A stretch of 56,402 nucleotides of DNA from Octopus bimaculoides (Eukaryota), in NCBI RefSeq assembly GCF_001194135.2, contig NC_069001.1:11363884-11420285 (forward strand). Reading direction: 5' to 3'. The notes below the pieces were generated by a model. That model did not search any database. It was not told where the DNA came from and was given only the letters and a program-made list of their open reading frames with translations. This document shows positions 12,591 to 23,793 of this stretch, in pieces. A program made the position numbers and the translations under genes. Each line of letters starts with the position of its first letter. Within the stretch, counting starts at the first letter, position 1.

Positions 12591-12594
<4 letters not shown>
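11813..12594 (+). mobile_element. Internally collapsed Gypsy-type LTR retrotransposon
   Basis: LTR TGTTA...TAACA (11813-12235); tRNA-Pro-type PBS TGAGGGCTCGTCCGAGA (12239-12255); gag-like start MEFKVEEFIAFPSVEQMRIFKKSELLLLDKHYDL at 12433; the last 16 nt of the LTR recur exactly at 12579-12594. Confidence 0.8.
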
Positions 12595-12626
<32 letters not shown>

Positions 12627-12629
<3 letters not shown>

Positions 12630-12727
12630 AACAGCTTGCGCAAGGACACAACGCGTCGCTGGGATTTGAACTCACAGCCTTACGATCGTGAGTCAAATGC
12701 CCTGACCACTAAGCCACGCGCCTTCAC
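12627..12727 (-). mobile_element. tRNA-derived SINE head-2 only
   Basis: Minus strand GTGAAGGCGCGTGGCTTAGTGGTCAGGGC...GAGTTCAAATCCC...TTGTGTCCTTGCGCAAG, cut by (TA)n. Confidence 0.8.
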
Positions 12728-12959
12728 GATATACATGTGTGTGTGTGTATGTGTGTCTATGTGTATATATATACACATATATGTGTATATTTATATACAT
12801 ATATATACTTATATATAAATATATACATATATACATATATATAAATATATACATATATANNNNNNNNNNTATATAAATATATACATATATACATATATAT
12901 AAATATATACATATATATAAATATATATATATATATGTATACATATATATATATATATC

Positions 12960-13172
12960 GTTTATCTTTTCTATTCTACTCGTTTCAGTCTTTCGACAAT
13001 GGCCTCGCTTGAAGGATTTAATCGAATAAATCGACTCTAGTACTTACTTTTTTGACCTGGCACGTATTCTATGGATCCCTTTTTGCCAACCTGCTAATTT
13101 ACGGCGGCAGAAACAAACCAACTCCAGTTGCCAAGTGACGTCGGTAACAAACACAAATTCACACACATACAC
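12960..13172 (-). mobile_element. CORE-like SINE 3' tail (diverged)
   Basis: CTCGTTTCAGTC...AAATCGACTCTAGTACTTAC...TTTTGCCAACCTGCTAATTTACGG. Confidence 0.65.
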
Positions 13173-13173
13173 A

Positions 13174-13483
13174 GTAACACCTCGTCGGTTAAGATGACAA
13201 GGGTTCCATTTGATCCGATCACCGGAACAGCCTGCTCGTGTAGTTAATGTACAAGTCGCAGGGCAATACCCAGAGACATGCGTACCCTTCACGTAGGGAT
13301 AGGGAGATTCAGCATGACACAAAAAGTGACAAGGCTGGCCCTTTGAAATATTGTCACCATTCATCACGGCCTTGCGATCCAGCTGGGTCGACTGAGACAG
13401 TCTGAAATAAAGTGTCTTGCTCAAAGACACAACCCACCTCCGTGAATGGCAGCTTAGTACCCTGACCATTTAGTCACGTGCCT
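13174..13483 (-). mobile_element. tRNA-derived SINE, head-2 + tail-X
   Basis: Minus strand GGCACGTGACTAAATGGTCAGGG...TGTGTCTTTGAGCAAGACACT joined to TTCAAAGGGCCAGCCTTGTCAC...CACGAGCAGGCTGTTCCGGTGATCGGATCAAATGGAACCC. Confidence 0.8.
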
Positions 13484-13521
13484 AAACACACACACACACA
13501 CAAACACATCAATTCAGAACT

Positions 13522-14056
13522 CTAATCTCCTTCGAAGTAGGACCCTTTGCCTTCAATACATTTATTGCATCGCTCCAGCCATTTCATGAAGATTCCATAG
13601 AATCCCTCCAAAGTGAAAGTTTTCAGCATCCTTGTAACAGCTCCTTCCATCTGAATATCTTCAAAACAACAGCTCCTAAGTTTCTCCTGCATCTTAGGAA
13701 CAATCAAGAGGCACAGGGAAGAAAGTCTCGACTGTAAGGAGAACGATGGGCAGTTTTGGTGCTCATCTCTGTCAAGTAGTTGGTTACCAGGACTAAGTTA
13801 TGAACTTATACATTGTCCTGTTATAGATGCCACCCACCCAAGTGGAAGGGCTCCGGCCATATGCAAAGAAATCTCTTCTGAATCTCTCTTTAAACCTCTA
13901 CTAAGTATCCTTTTAAGCTTCTGACCATAGGGAACCCATTGAATGTAGATGACGTTCTTAATCTCGGAAAGTTGTTCACCACGAGCATTCTGGTGGACAT
14001 ACTTTGCCTGGCCTCCATAGATCTGGGGGAAGTATCATGCTTCCATTGGTCGCTGT
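13522..14056 (-). mobile_element. Mariner transposase relic (catalytic domain and C-terminus)
   Basis: Translates ...GWHL*QDN...RSPYSRDF... and EKLRSCCFEDI...KWLERCNKCIEGKGSYFEGD*; stops and frameshifts. Confidence 0.9.
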
Positions 14057-14443
14057 GGAGGCGCAATGGCCCAGTGGTTAGGGCAACGTACTCGTGGTCA
14101 TAGGATCGCGGTTTCGATTCCCAGACCGGGCGTTGTGAGTGTTTATTGAGCGAAAACACCTAAAGTTCCTCGAGGCTCCGGCAGGGGATGGTGGCGAACC
14201 CTGCTGCACTCTTTCACCACAACTTTCTCTCACTCTTTCTTCCTGTTTCTGTTGTGCCTGTAATTCAAAGGGTCAGCCTTGTCACACTGTGTCACGCTGA
14301 ATATCTCCGAGAACTACGTTAAGGGTACATCTGTCTGTGGAGTGCTCAGCCACTTGCACGTTAATTTCACGAGCAGGCTGTTCCGTTGATCGGATCAACT
14401 GGAACCCTCGACGTCGTAAGCGACGGAGTGCCAACAATAACAA
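14055..14443 (+). mobile_element. tRNA-derived SINE, head-1/body-A + tail-X, full length
   Basis: A/B boxes TGGCCCAGTGG and GGTTTCGATTCCC; ends GACGGAGTGCCAACAATAACAA; close to the copies at 29655, 39377 and 40760. Confidence 0.95.
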
Positions 14444-14749
14444 TATAAGACACACTACGATCTGCATGCATCTATGTATCTATGCATACATCTATACACA
14501 CACACACATACATACATATATACATTGATACATACATACACATATATATATACACAAAAGCATTTATACAGAGAAAGCCTCTGTCAACACTAGGTCCGAA
14601 TGAGGTTATTTTTCTTAATAAATCTCTTCTGTTTTGTCACACAACGTGTTATTTCTTTTGTCATGTCTTTATTTACCGATTTAATACTAAGTCTTACATT
14701 ATTTTATCGTCGCTATATTCCGGTGTATCACCTTTAGATAAACCAGACT

Positions 14750-14807
<58 letters not shown>

Positions 14808-15951
14808 NNNNNNNNNNNNNNNNNNNNNNNNNNNNNNNNNNNNNNNNNNNNNNNNNNNNNNNNNNNNNNNNNNNNNNNNNNNNNNNNNNNNNNNNNNNNN
14901 NNNNNNNNNNNNNNNNNNNNNNNNNNNNNNNNNNNNNNNNNNNNNNNNNNNNNNNNNNNNNNNNNNNNNNNNNNNNNNNNNNNNNNNNNNNNNNNNNNNN
15001 NNNNNNNNNNNNNNNNNNNNNNNNNNNNNNNNNNNNNNNNNNNNNNNNNNNNNNNNNNNNNNNNNNNNNNNNNNNNNNNNNNNNNNNNNNNNNNNNNNNN
15101 NNNNNNNNNNNNNNNNNNNNNNNNNNNNNNNNNNNNNNNNNNNNNNNNNNNNNNNNNNNNNNNNNNNNNNNNNNNNNNNNNNNNNNNNNNNNNNNNNNNN
15201 NNNNNNNNNNNNNNNNNNNNNNNNNNNNNNNNNNNNNNNNNNNNNNNNNNNNNNNNNNNNNNNNNNNNNNNNNNNNNNNNNNNNNNNNNNNNNNNNNNNN
15301 NNNNNNNNNNNNNNNNNNNNNNNNNNNNNNNNNNNNNNNNNNNNNNNNNNNNNNNNNNNNNNNNNNNNNNNNNNNNNNNNNNNNNNNNNNNNNNNNNNNN
15401 NNNNNNNNNNNNNNNNNNNNNNNNNNNNNNNNNNNNNNNNNNNNNNNNNNNNNNNNNNNNNNNNNNNNNNNNNNNNNNNNNNNNNNNNNNNNNNNNNNNN
15501 NNNNNNNNNNNNNNNNNNNNNNNNNNNNNNNNNNNNNNNNNNNNNNNNNNNNNNNNNNNNNNNNNNNNNNNNNNNNNNNNNTAATAATTTAATCAAACCA
15601 TGTTGTTGTTGTTGCTGTTGTTCTTGTGGATTTTGTTATCCTTGTCGTTCTTGATCAATAAACACGTTACCCACGTATTGAAAAACTCACGTAATCATTG
15701 ACTCAGTCAGGCAGATCGGCATTTCTAGCAAGCAAATAACAAAAAAAATTTCGTTTAAGTGTGACCTTACAAGATGTCAGCCATTTTTTCCCATGGAATG
15801 ACTGGTCGAAATTTTAACCTGCATCGATGGATTAGTGTCAGTGTGTCTCCATACCCACAAGCAAGCAACCCCCCCCCCACACACACACAAATATATACGA
15901 ACGCGTATGCGTGCATGCGCTAGTATCTGCTTGTCTGGGCGTCTTCAATCT

Positions 15952-16007
15952 GTTTTACGGTCCACACTTGACCCGTTTTACGGTCCACACTTGACCAGTT
16001 TTACGGT
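15952..16007. repeat. 23-bp tandem repeat, about 2.4 units
   Basis: GTTTTACGGTCCACACTTGACCC / GTTTTACGGTCCACACTTGACCA / GTTTTACGGT. Confidence 0.9.
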
Positions 16008-16061
16008 CATGTGTATGTTAACATTCCGCTATTCCCCGTTATATGATAGCTGAATAACTAC

Positions 16062-16285
16062 TCTTTTATTCTTTTATTCTTTTGATTGTTTCAGTCATTT
16101 GACTGTGGCCATGCTGGAGCCCCCCACCTTTAATCGAGCAAATCGACCCCAGGACTTATTCTTTGTAAGCCCAGTACTCATTCTATCGGTCAGTTTTGCT
16201 GTACCGCTGGGTTACGGAGATGGTAACACACCGACATCGGTCGTCAAGCGATGGTGGGGAAACAAACACTGACACTCAATACAGA
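16062..16285 (-). mobile_element. CORE-like SINE 3' tail
   Basis: TTGTTTCAGTCATTTGACTGTGGCCATGCTGGAGC...GTCAAGCGATGGTGGGGAAACAAACAC. Confidence 0.9.
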
Positions 16286-16299
16286 ATACACCCGCTCCA

Positions 16300-17720
16300 C
16301 TGAAAGCGGAAGAGCAAACGCTCCAATATGGACAACTAAGTATGTGGATAGAGCATGGCACGGCGGGCGGTCAGGCAGTTGTTACATGTGAATTCGGTAT
16401 TCACAACATCCACCCGACACATCAGCGATAGGGCTCAACTCTGGGCCTTATCTTGCCACCATACTTGTCACCTCTAACAATTTCTTGTCTTCCTAGAGGA
16501 CTGCACCAAACCAAATCCCGAGCAATTTAACTGCCCAGTCCGTCCATTCTCCAACGTTGCTATTAGACGAATTGTCTCTACAGGTATCGAACTACGGGCG
16601 CAATGCCAGGATAATTTTTGTTCCTGTCATTCTCTCGTATTCTCTTACACTGAGAGTTGACCATCTCGATGACTTGGTTATACGACACTGTTACAACGAA
16701 GTCATCTGCTTATACGAATGTGGATCTGCCGCATTCTAATTCTTCTGGGTTGCCATACAAAACCTCAAATTTCTAAAGTAATGGATCTAGACTCGTTACG
16801 TACAGAAGGGGAGAGACGGAACACACTTGACGGACTGTCCGCATGATATGGAACGATTTTGACGTAAAACCATTTACTCTAACCACCGAGCAGATGTCAC
16901 TGTACATTACTTCTGAATATGGATACGAAATCATCCGCCTTCAGGATAGTAAATATGGTCGACTCTATCGGAAGCTTTCGACTAATCTAAATTAATTAGG
17001 ACCCTACCTATCCATGCCAGGTAATATATCAACCCCTTCTATCGTCTATAAGTGAAGTGGAGGTTGTCTTGATTAGATCTTTCTGGTATGACACCTGCCT
17101 GTTCTTCATCGATTACTGTATCCACAAGTGCCAACCTCTTAGCTAAAACCGGGGCCAAAATCTTCAACTGTGTATTTAGCAGAATTATGGGCCTACAATT
17201 TTTTTAATCTTCCTTGTTCGGATCTTTTCTCAGCTGTATAATAACATTTTCTCGCAGGAGTAGGAATTCTAACGCGGTGCTACAACTCGCAGCAGACATT
17301 TGCCAAGAGTCACCCAGACAAGTGCTAACAGCGCAAACCATTTCAGCCCTGTCGACTACTAGATCATACAGTCAACCATCGCTGTCCATATTTAGTCAGT
17401 TGTTGCCAACCTTTGGCAGGACAATGCATTCCCAGTCTATAGCAGCTGTCGGCCGTCGAGATTTGTAGTAAAATCCACCCCATCTTCGGTCTACCATTTG
17501 TCTGAAATACTAAGTCGAAGAGCCCTGAAAAGCCGCACACATCTATTGAACAATCAAATATCACGCATCTCTCCCAATCCGTCAAACACCAAATTGTGTC
17601 CTTGTTGCTGCATTGCACCCCCGCCATCCGGTACCATCAAAAGGTTTTCGTTCCCATATGCATGAGGGCACGAGCCCTAACACTGAAAACCCAACATTTG
17701 GGCTTAGCGTTCAAGAATCG
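16300..17720 (-). mobile_element. Tx1/L1-clade LINE ORF2 relic (reverse transcriptase)
   Basis: Minus strand: RKDPNKED*KNCRPIILLNTQLKILAPVLAKRLAL..EQAGVIPERSNQDNLH; LINLD*SKASDRVDH; VRQVCSVSPLLYV; ADD; WTDWAVKLLGIWFG. Confidence 0.92.
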
Positions 17721-17782
17721 GTCACGGTCCAGTCTTCCTACCTGCACGTCAGTTGTAATGCCTATTCTAAGAACATCTAGAT

Positions 17783-18060
17783 CAGTGCTACTCAAAGTGG
17801 TGGTCAGCGGACCGGTGCTGGTCCGCGGCGAGTTTCCAGATAAGAAAGGAGCATTATAAAATGCTTATAAAATGCGGATGTAATAATGTATTATTTGTTT
17901 ACAAAATAAATATAAGATAAAAACAAAATTGTCAACTTTTATTATATTCATTATGTATATTGTTTCGGGTATAAATTAATATTACTAAGAAATATTATCA
18001 GTCCCCGGTACATTGGAAAAAACTGCAGGTACCCTGCATCAGATAGTTTGAGAAGCACAG
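17783..18060. mobile_element. hAT-Charlie-like MITE
   Basis: TIR CAGTGCTACTCAAA / TTTGAGAAGCACAG; 8-bp flanks ATCTAGAT and TTCTAGGT fit the NTCTAGAN Charlie target consensus. Confidence 0.85.
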
Positions 18061-18246
18061 TTCTAGGTTACAAACTATCACTCTCTCTACACTCGAATTC
18101 TCTATCGATTCCTGACTAAAACTTTCTCTGTTTCCTTACTAAAACTTATGAATCTTAATCTAAAGCTGATTTCAGAGCTGAACACTGTCAGTTATTTACG
18201 ATTGCCCTTGTCTGCTTTTTCTTGGTTTCTTCTCGGGGAATTTGTC

Positions 18247-18289
<43 letters not shown>

Positions 18290-18299
18290 TGTGTATGCA

Positions 18300-18390
18300 T
18301 GACACCTTCGGTGAGTGCCTTGTGCTATATCCTCAGGCTAACCAAACCTTGAGAGTGGATTTCTTAGCGGAATCTGAAAGAAGTTCAGAG
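18300..18390 (+). mobile_element. CORE-like SINE central fragment
   Basis: GACACCTTCGGTGAGTGCCTTGTGCTATATCCTCAGGCTAACCAAACCTTGAGAGTGGATTT aligns to the head-proximal core at 28976-29147. Confidence 0.6.
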
Positions 18391-18450
18391 CCCCAGGTAC
18401 GGTGGTTATGCGTATAAGAAGCCCAACGTAGGTCATATATCAGCGTGTGT

Positions 18451-18570
18451 ATATATAAAAAATGTTTTTCAGAATGAGATACAAAAAAAAAACAAACTAA
18501 GGCTCTGAAGATTTTAGAACATTCTAAAATCTTCACAACCATGTTTTTTTATCTCATTCTGAAAAAAATT

Positions 18571-18576
<6 letters not shown>
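18451..18576. repeat. Nested foldback (inverted repeat) flanked by (TA)n
   Basis: Outer arms TTTTTCAGAATGAGATA / TATCTCATTCTGAAAAA (18465-18481, 18550-18566); inner 14-bp palindrome arms 18506-18519 and 18522-18535. Confidence 0.9.
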
Positions 18577-18606
<30 letters not shown>

Positions 18607-18785
18607 GGGTAGACACTTAAACCTGTCCTTATGATTAATATAATTTTAATTCTGTGGCTATATGACGCTGATTTGATCCTACAACCACCTCTAGAAATGT
18701 TGTTATTATCAACTATTTTTATTGCCTTCGATAATAATAACAATATTAATATCTAATAAATATTCGCTTTTGAATATTTGGTGCT

Positions 18786-18817
<32 letters not shown>

Positions 18818-18994
18818 CATACATATATATATACATACATACATACATACATACATACATGAACACCGTGTATGTATATAAATGTGCGGGTTTTTTTTGT
18901 GTCTGTGTTTGTCCAAGACGAATAAGTACTGGGTCGATTCTTTCTACTGAAGCAAAAGAAGTGTATATATATCTATGTATCCATATATATTTAT

Positions 18995-19032
<38 letters not shown>

Positions 19033-19042
19033 NNNNNNNNNN

Positions 19043-19084
<42 letters not shown>

Positions 19085-19986
19085 CCATGTACACATCTCC
19101 ACACCTGGAGATATAATTTCTCAGACTCCAAGCTGAAGGAAGACAAATTGTATATAGACCTGACACCTAAATAAATATTACATAAGACCGATCAGAATGA
19201 AAAGCAATTTAAAATCTTATGTTTTTAAATGGACTAAAAAACAACACACAATCACACACACATACATATATAGACATGCACACACTCCTAACTGTAATAG
19301 AATTACTTAATCAAGCGAACTCTTACATCATTAGATAATAAGAACGAGAATAAAAATATTTATAAAAATACTGAAAGAGAATAACGAGGATAAGAAGAGA
19401 ATCCGAAGCCTGTGACGGATAAGTATTGCATAAAAACACATTGAAAGGAAATAATGGATCGAAAGGAAAACACACTTTACAATTGTAAATGTTCGTGGTG
19501 TCATCTACATTTAACACCTGCTATCTGCAAATAGAAATGAACACACAAACACATTCACCTATATATATGTATGCATGTATCTGCACATGTGTGTGTGTGT
19601 GTGTGTGTGTTTGTGTGTGCATTTATGAAGCGTTAGGCGGCTGCTATGTAAGACATTTGCCCCGCATGTTTTTTTTTTCATTTTCGAATATATCTGGGAA
19701 CCAGCTGTTTGTGGCGACGATCCGTTTCACAGCTGAATAAATTAGAACGCGCTGTGAATTGATTCCCATATCCCGAGTAAGGACATATAAAATTAAATGC
19801 CCACACGCACTCGCCTATACACGTACCATTCAGATACAGGTGTGTTCAGGTATGTACACACACACAAACACACACAAGCATAAGTATATGTGCACCTGTG
19901 CGTGTGTGCACAACTGCTTAATCCAAGAATATATTTATAGTCTTCCATTTTGAATTCTCTCTTCGTCATTTACTTTATATTGATTT

Positions 19987-20127
19987 CAAATTTCGGCACA
20001 CGGGCAGCAATTTCGTGGGAGTAAGTAAGTCGATTACATTGACCTCAGAGGTCAACTGGTGTGTATTTTATCGACCTCCGAAAAAATAAAAAGACAAAGG
20101 CAGCTTTCCTGGAATTTGAACTCCGAA
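19987..20127 (-). mobile_element. Nin/Deu-like SINE, diverged fragment
   Basis: GTCGATTACATTGACC...TTTATCGACC...GGAATTTGAACTC. Confidence 0.65.
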
Positions 20128-20676
20128 AAATCTTTAACATTATATTTTCAAAAGTTACATAATAAAATCTGCTAGCGATTCTTCAACGGGCCTTCTATAA
20201 AGGGCTATAGGACCTATTTTCATCGATAATTTTTGTATTGTATTAAACCTGAATTTCCAATCATTTCCCAGAAGTTCATCATTCGATTATATTAAACGGG
20301 CTAAGGGTGCTTGTTTAATTCTTAAAGTGTTTTGTTACGCCTCTTGTGTGCATTCTTTTCTTGGTTTATTCGAGATTTGATAAAATAACTATTTGTAATA
20401 GAATAATTTGTAATAGAATATCATTTACAGTGATATTAAAAAATGAGTAAGTAATTAATGTATAGATATTAAAGTGAAGATTATTGATAGAACCAACCTC
20501 GTGGTGGAAATGCAGATGAAGCCAGAAGCATCAAACACCCTTTTCAAATAGTTCAAGTGAAGCTAACGGTGATGCCCCCTCATGGCCACAACTTCCGAGC
20601 TGAAACTATTAAAGAGTATAGATTTATCTCGACTCTTAACGGCATCAAGTATCTTTTCGCCTTTACTGTCTCCTTT

Positions 20677-21032
20677 CTTTCTTTCTGCGCCCTTTTAAAG
20701 CCTAGCCAGGCTCATGGGCCCGGTTTCTCGGTTTCTGTGGCGTATGTGTCCCGCAGCTGGACGGGACGCCAGTCCATCGCAGTTGCGCCCTTTTAAAGCC
20801 TTGTCAGGCTCATGGACCCGGTTTCCCGGTTTCAATGGCGTATGTGTTCTCCAGGTGGACGGGACGCCAGTCCATCGCAGCGTTACTCATTTTTGCCTGC
20901 TGAGTGGACTGGAGCAACGTGAAATGAAGTGTTTTGCTCAAGAACACAACGCGTCGCCCAGTCCAGGAATAGAAACCACAATCTTACGGTTGATGATGTT
21001 GACACCCTAACCACTAAGCCACGCGCCTCCAC
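20677..21032 (-). mobile_element. tRNA-derived SINE, head-2 + two tandem tail-Y units
   Basis: Head GTGGAGGCGCGTGGCTTAGTGGTTAGGG; tail-Y twice (about 20687-20784 and 20785-20882); (AAAG)n end; TSD TTACTGTCTCCTTT at 20663-20676 and 21033-21046. Confidence 0.9.
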
Positions 21033-22197
21033 TTACTGTCTCCTTTAACATAGGCAAAATCGAACTACCAAGATCGAATTACTGACAAATCACAGAAAAT
21101 AATTACATGGAGACGCCATGCGCATGTTGCAAAATAATTAATTGTTAGCATATTTAATGTATTGCACAATAATTACCTAATTAGAAATACTTATGAGGTG
21201 AGAAAACTATAATATTAGGGCGATGACTAATATTATTTTAATGATTTTCAAAGTACAGGAGACAGCTTCGAATATTTTTTTGGTCTTATTAGAACTTATT
21301 AATGAAGTCAAAGTTTCAATATTTCTGTCGTATTATATGTAATATTCAATAAACAACGAATCGCTGAAGTTAATTGAGAATTATACACCACATGTATAAT
21401 ATTTTTATTACGTTATGTTCCACGGGCATGTCTGTCAGCATTAAACATCAGCAGAGATACACTCACTCTCTCTCTCTCTCTCACACACATACACATGCTT
21501 ATGTACGTGTGTGTGTGTGCGATCAATGAATGAAGGGAGATAAGTTCGGTGTGGATTCATGGTTTAAGAAGATCACTAACATTACTATCGTTTGCTATTT
21601 TACATAACATAATTAGACTTAGATAAAGTTTAGATATTGCTGTTTAATTTTGGAAGGTTCTGTGGCATATGTATTTATGTATGTATGTATGTCATTCTGC
21701 AGTGTTATTTCAAGTTTTCTTGCGAATAAAGGGCTGGTTTGTAACCTAGATCCAAGGCTCCTTCATTGAAATTTCAATAAAATCAATAGGATATGTATGT
21801 ATGTACGTATGTATGAATTTATGAAGGTATGTAGGGTTTCTTTCTTATCCTCGAAGAGGAAAGGAATGTTCAAATAGAGAAAGTGATGTAATCTTTGTTT
21901 ACAAACATCATTGCTGTCGATGGTAGCGATGGTTTAGATTCAGTGGTTAGTATTATTGTCGTTACTGAGTGTACAGATGTTGAAGTTTAGGATGATAAAT
22001 ATGCTCTTTATGACGACGGCAATGACGATAAAGATGAGGAGGAGCAGTAAAGGTGTAGAAGAATGAAAGGGGAAGAATGGGGAGGAGTAAGAGGAGGATG
22101 TTAACAACTAAAATTCATCTTTTGTTTAATATCGTATTTATTCTTTGACGTTTAATTATGCAGTTTCCACGCTTAAACCAAATACTGAAAGTATGAG

Positions 22198-22228
<31 letters not shown>

Positions 22229-22743
22229 NNNNNNNNNNNNNNNNNNNNNNNNNNNNNNNNNNNNNNNNNNNNNNNNNNNNNNNNNNNNNNNNNNNNNNNN
22301 NNNNNNNNNNNNNNNNNNNNNNNNNNNNNNNNNNNNNNNNNNNNNNNNNNNNNNNNNNNNNNNNNNNNNNNNNNNNNNNNNNNNNNNNNNNNNNNNNNNN
22401 NNNNNNNNNNNNNNNTATATACATGGAAAGTATATTTTAACGATTTAGACAATTATAAATATGTTATTAAATAGAAGACAATTCTGGAAAGAATTTTTTT
22501 TAAATCTTTGTTAAAAGATTTATGCATGTAAATATGTGCACGCACATGTATGTGTGTGTATGTGTGTGTTTGTGTGTGTTTGTGTGTGTGTGTGTGTGTG
22601 CAGGTAGGTTATGGTACGTATGTATATGTATTTATGTATGCATGCAAGTATATACGTAGAATTAGGTATGTATGCATGTGTTTATGTATGTGTATGTATG
22701 AATTGATACATGCATGTATCTATGTATGTGCATGCGTATGTGC

Positions 22744-22805
<62 letters not shown>

Positions 22806-23627
22806 CTTAAAATTTATTTAAATTTTACATTTGAAGAATTCAAGGTGGCCTCTAACCAATTAGTCTTGAAAAGTCCCTAAGAAAATTAAGAACAGATCGG
22901 AATATATTGAAATTTAGTTTGATTCCGTGTCAAATATATAATTACCAATATATCGAATACAGATATATTTTCATCCGATCTTCCGAAGCATAAATATATA
23001 GAATTTTCAACGATGGAACACATCTTACACAGACAACAGAAAAAAAATTATAAAACATAGCTTACATAGTGGCACTCTCTTAGAATAAGAGTATGAAATT
23101 TGTTTCAATACGTGAAAATATCAAATATAGCGAAATTGTAAATGTAAGCACCATTTACATTTAGCGATAAATCGAGGAATTCACTGAGGTTACATATCAC
23201 GATAAATCGTTGAATCGGTAAATTGTGTGTATATACATTTTCATTATCCAAATACAAATACGTTGCTAAACACATCAGCCTTTTTTCTTTATTTTTTGTG
23301 TTTGTTCTTTTACTCACGCATTTCATGATATAAAATACGAAACACGATTGCAACAACGATCACAATTCTCTCTCCTCCCAGCAAACACGTTATTCATAAA
23401 AATTATTCAAACGTTCGTCTTTCTCCTGTTTCACCCTTATCTTTGTCTCTCTATATGTGTGTACATGTGTGTGTGTGTGTCTATGTAGAGAGCGATGCAG
23501 ATAAACACGATTAGATTTAATGTATATATAAACATACATATATACATTCATACACACATACTCACATAAATATATATACTTATGTACATACATATATATA
23601 TGTGTGTATATACATATATATATATAT

Positions 23628-23793
23628 ATACGATGGGTTTCTTTTCAGTTTGCGTCTACCAAATCCACTCACAAGGCTTTGATCGGCCCGAGGCTATAGT
23701 AAAAGACACTGGCCCAAGGTGCCACGCAGTTGAACTGAACCCGGAAGCATGTGGTCGGGAAGGAAGTTTCTTACCACACAACCACTCCTGCAC
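23628..23793 (-). mobile_element. CORE-like SINE head and core
   Basis: Minus strand GGTGCAGGAGTGGTTGTGTGGTAAG...GGGTTCAGTTCAACTGCGTGGCACCTTGGGCCAGTGTCTT, running into a TA/TG microsatellite. Confidence 0.85.

Noticed and set aside
14055-14130. tRNA-like sequences (also at 12627, 21032, 29147 and others)
   Set aside because: They are SINE heads: no acceptor-stem closure, and each is followed by a SINE body
14482-15654. Longest ORF in the track (390 aa) and other X-rich ORFs
   Set aside because: Open only because of N-gaps and microsatellites
15952-16007. CRISPR-like repeat
   Set aside because: No spacers, eukaryotic context, no cas genes
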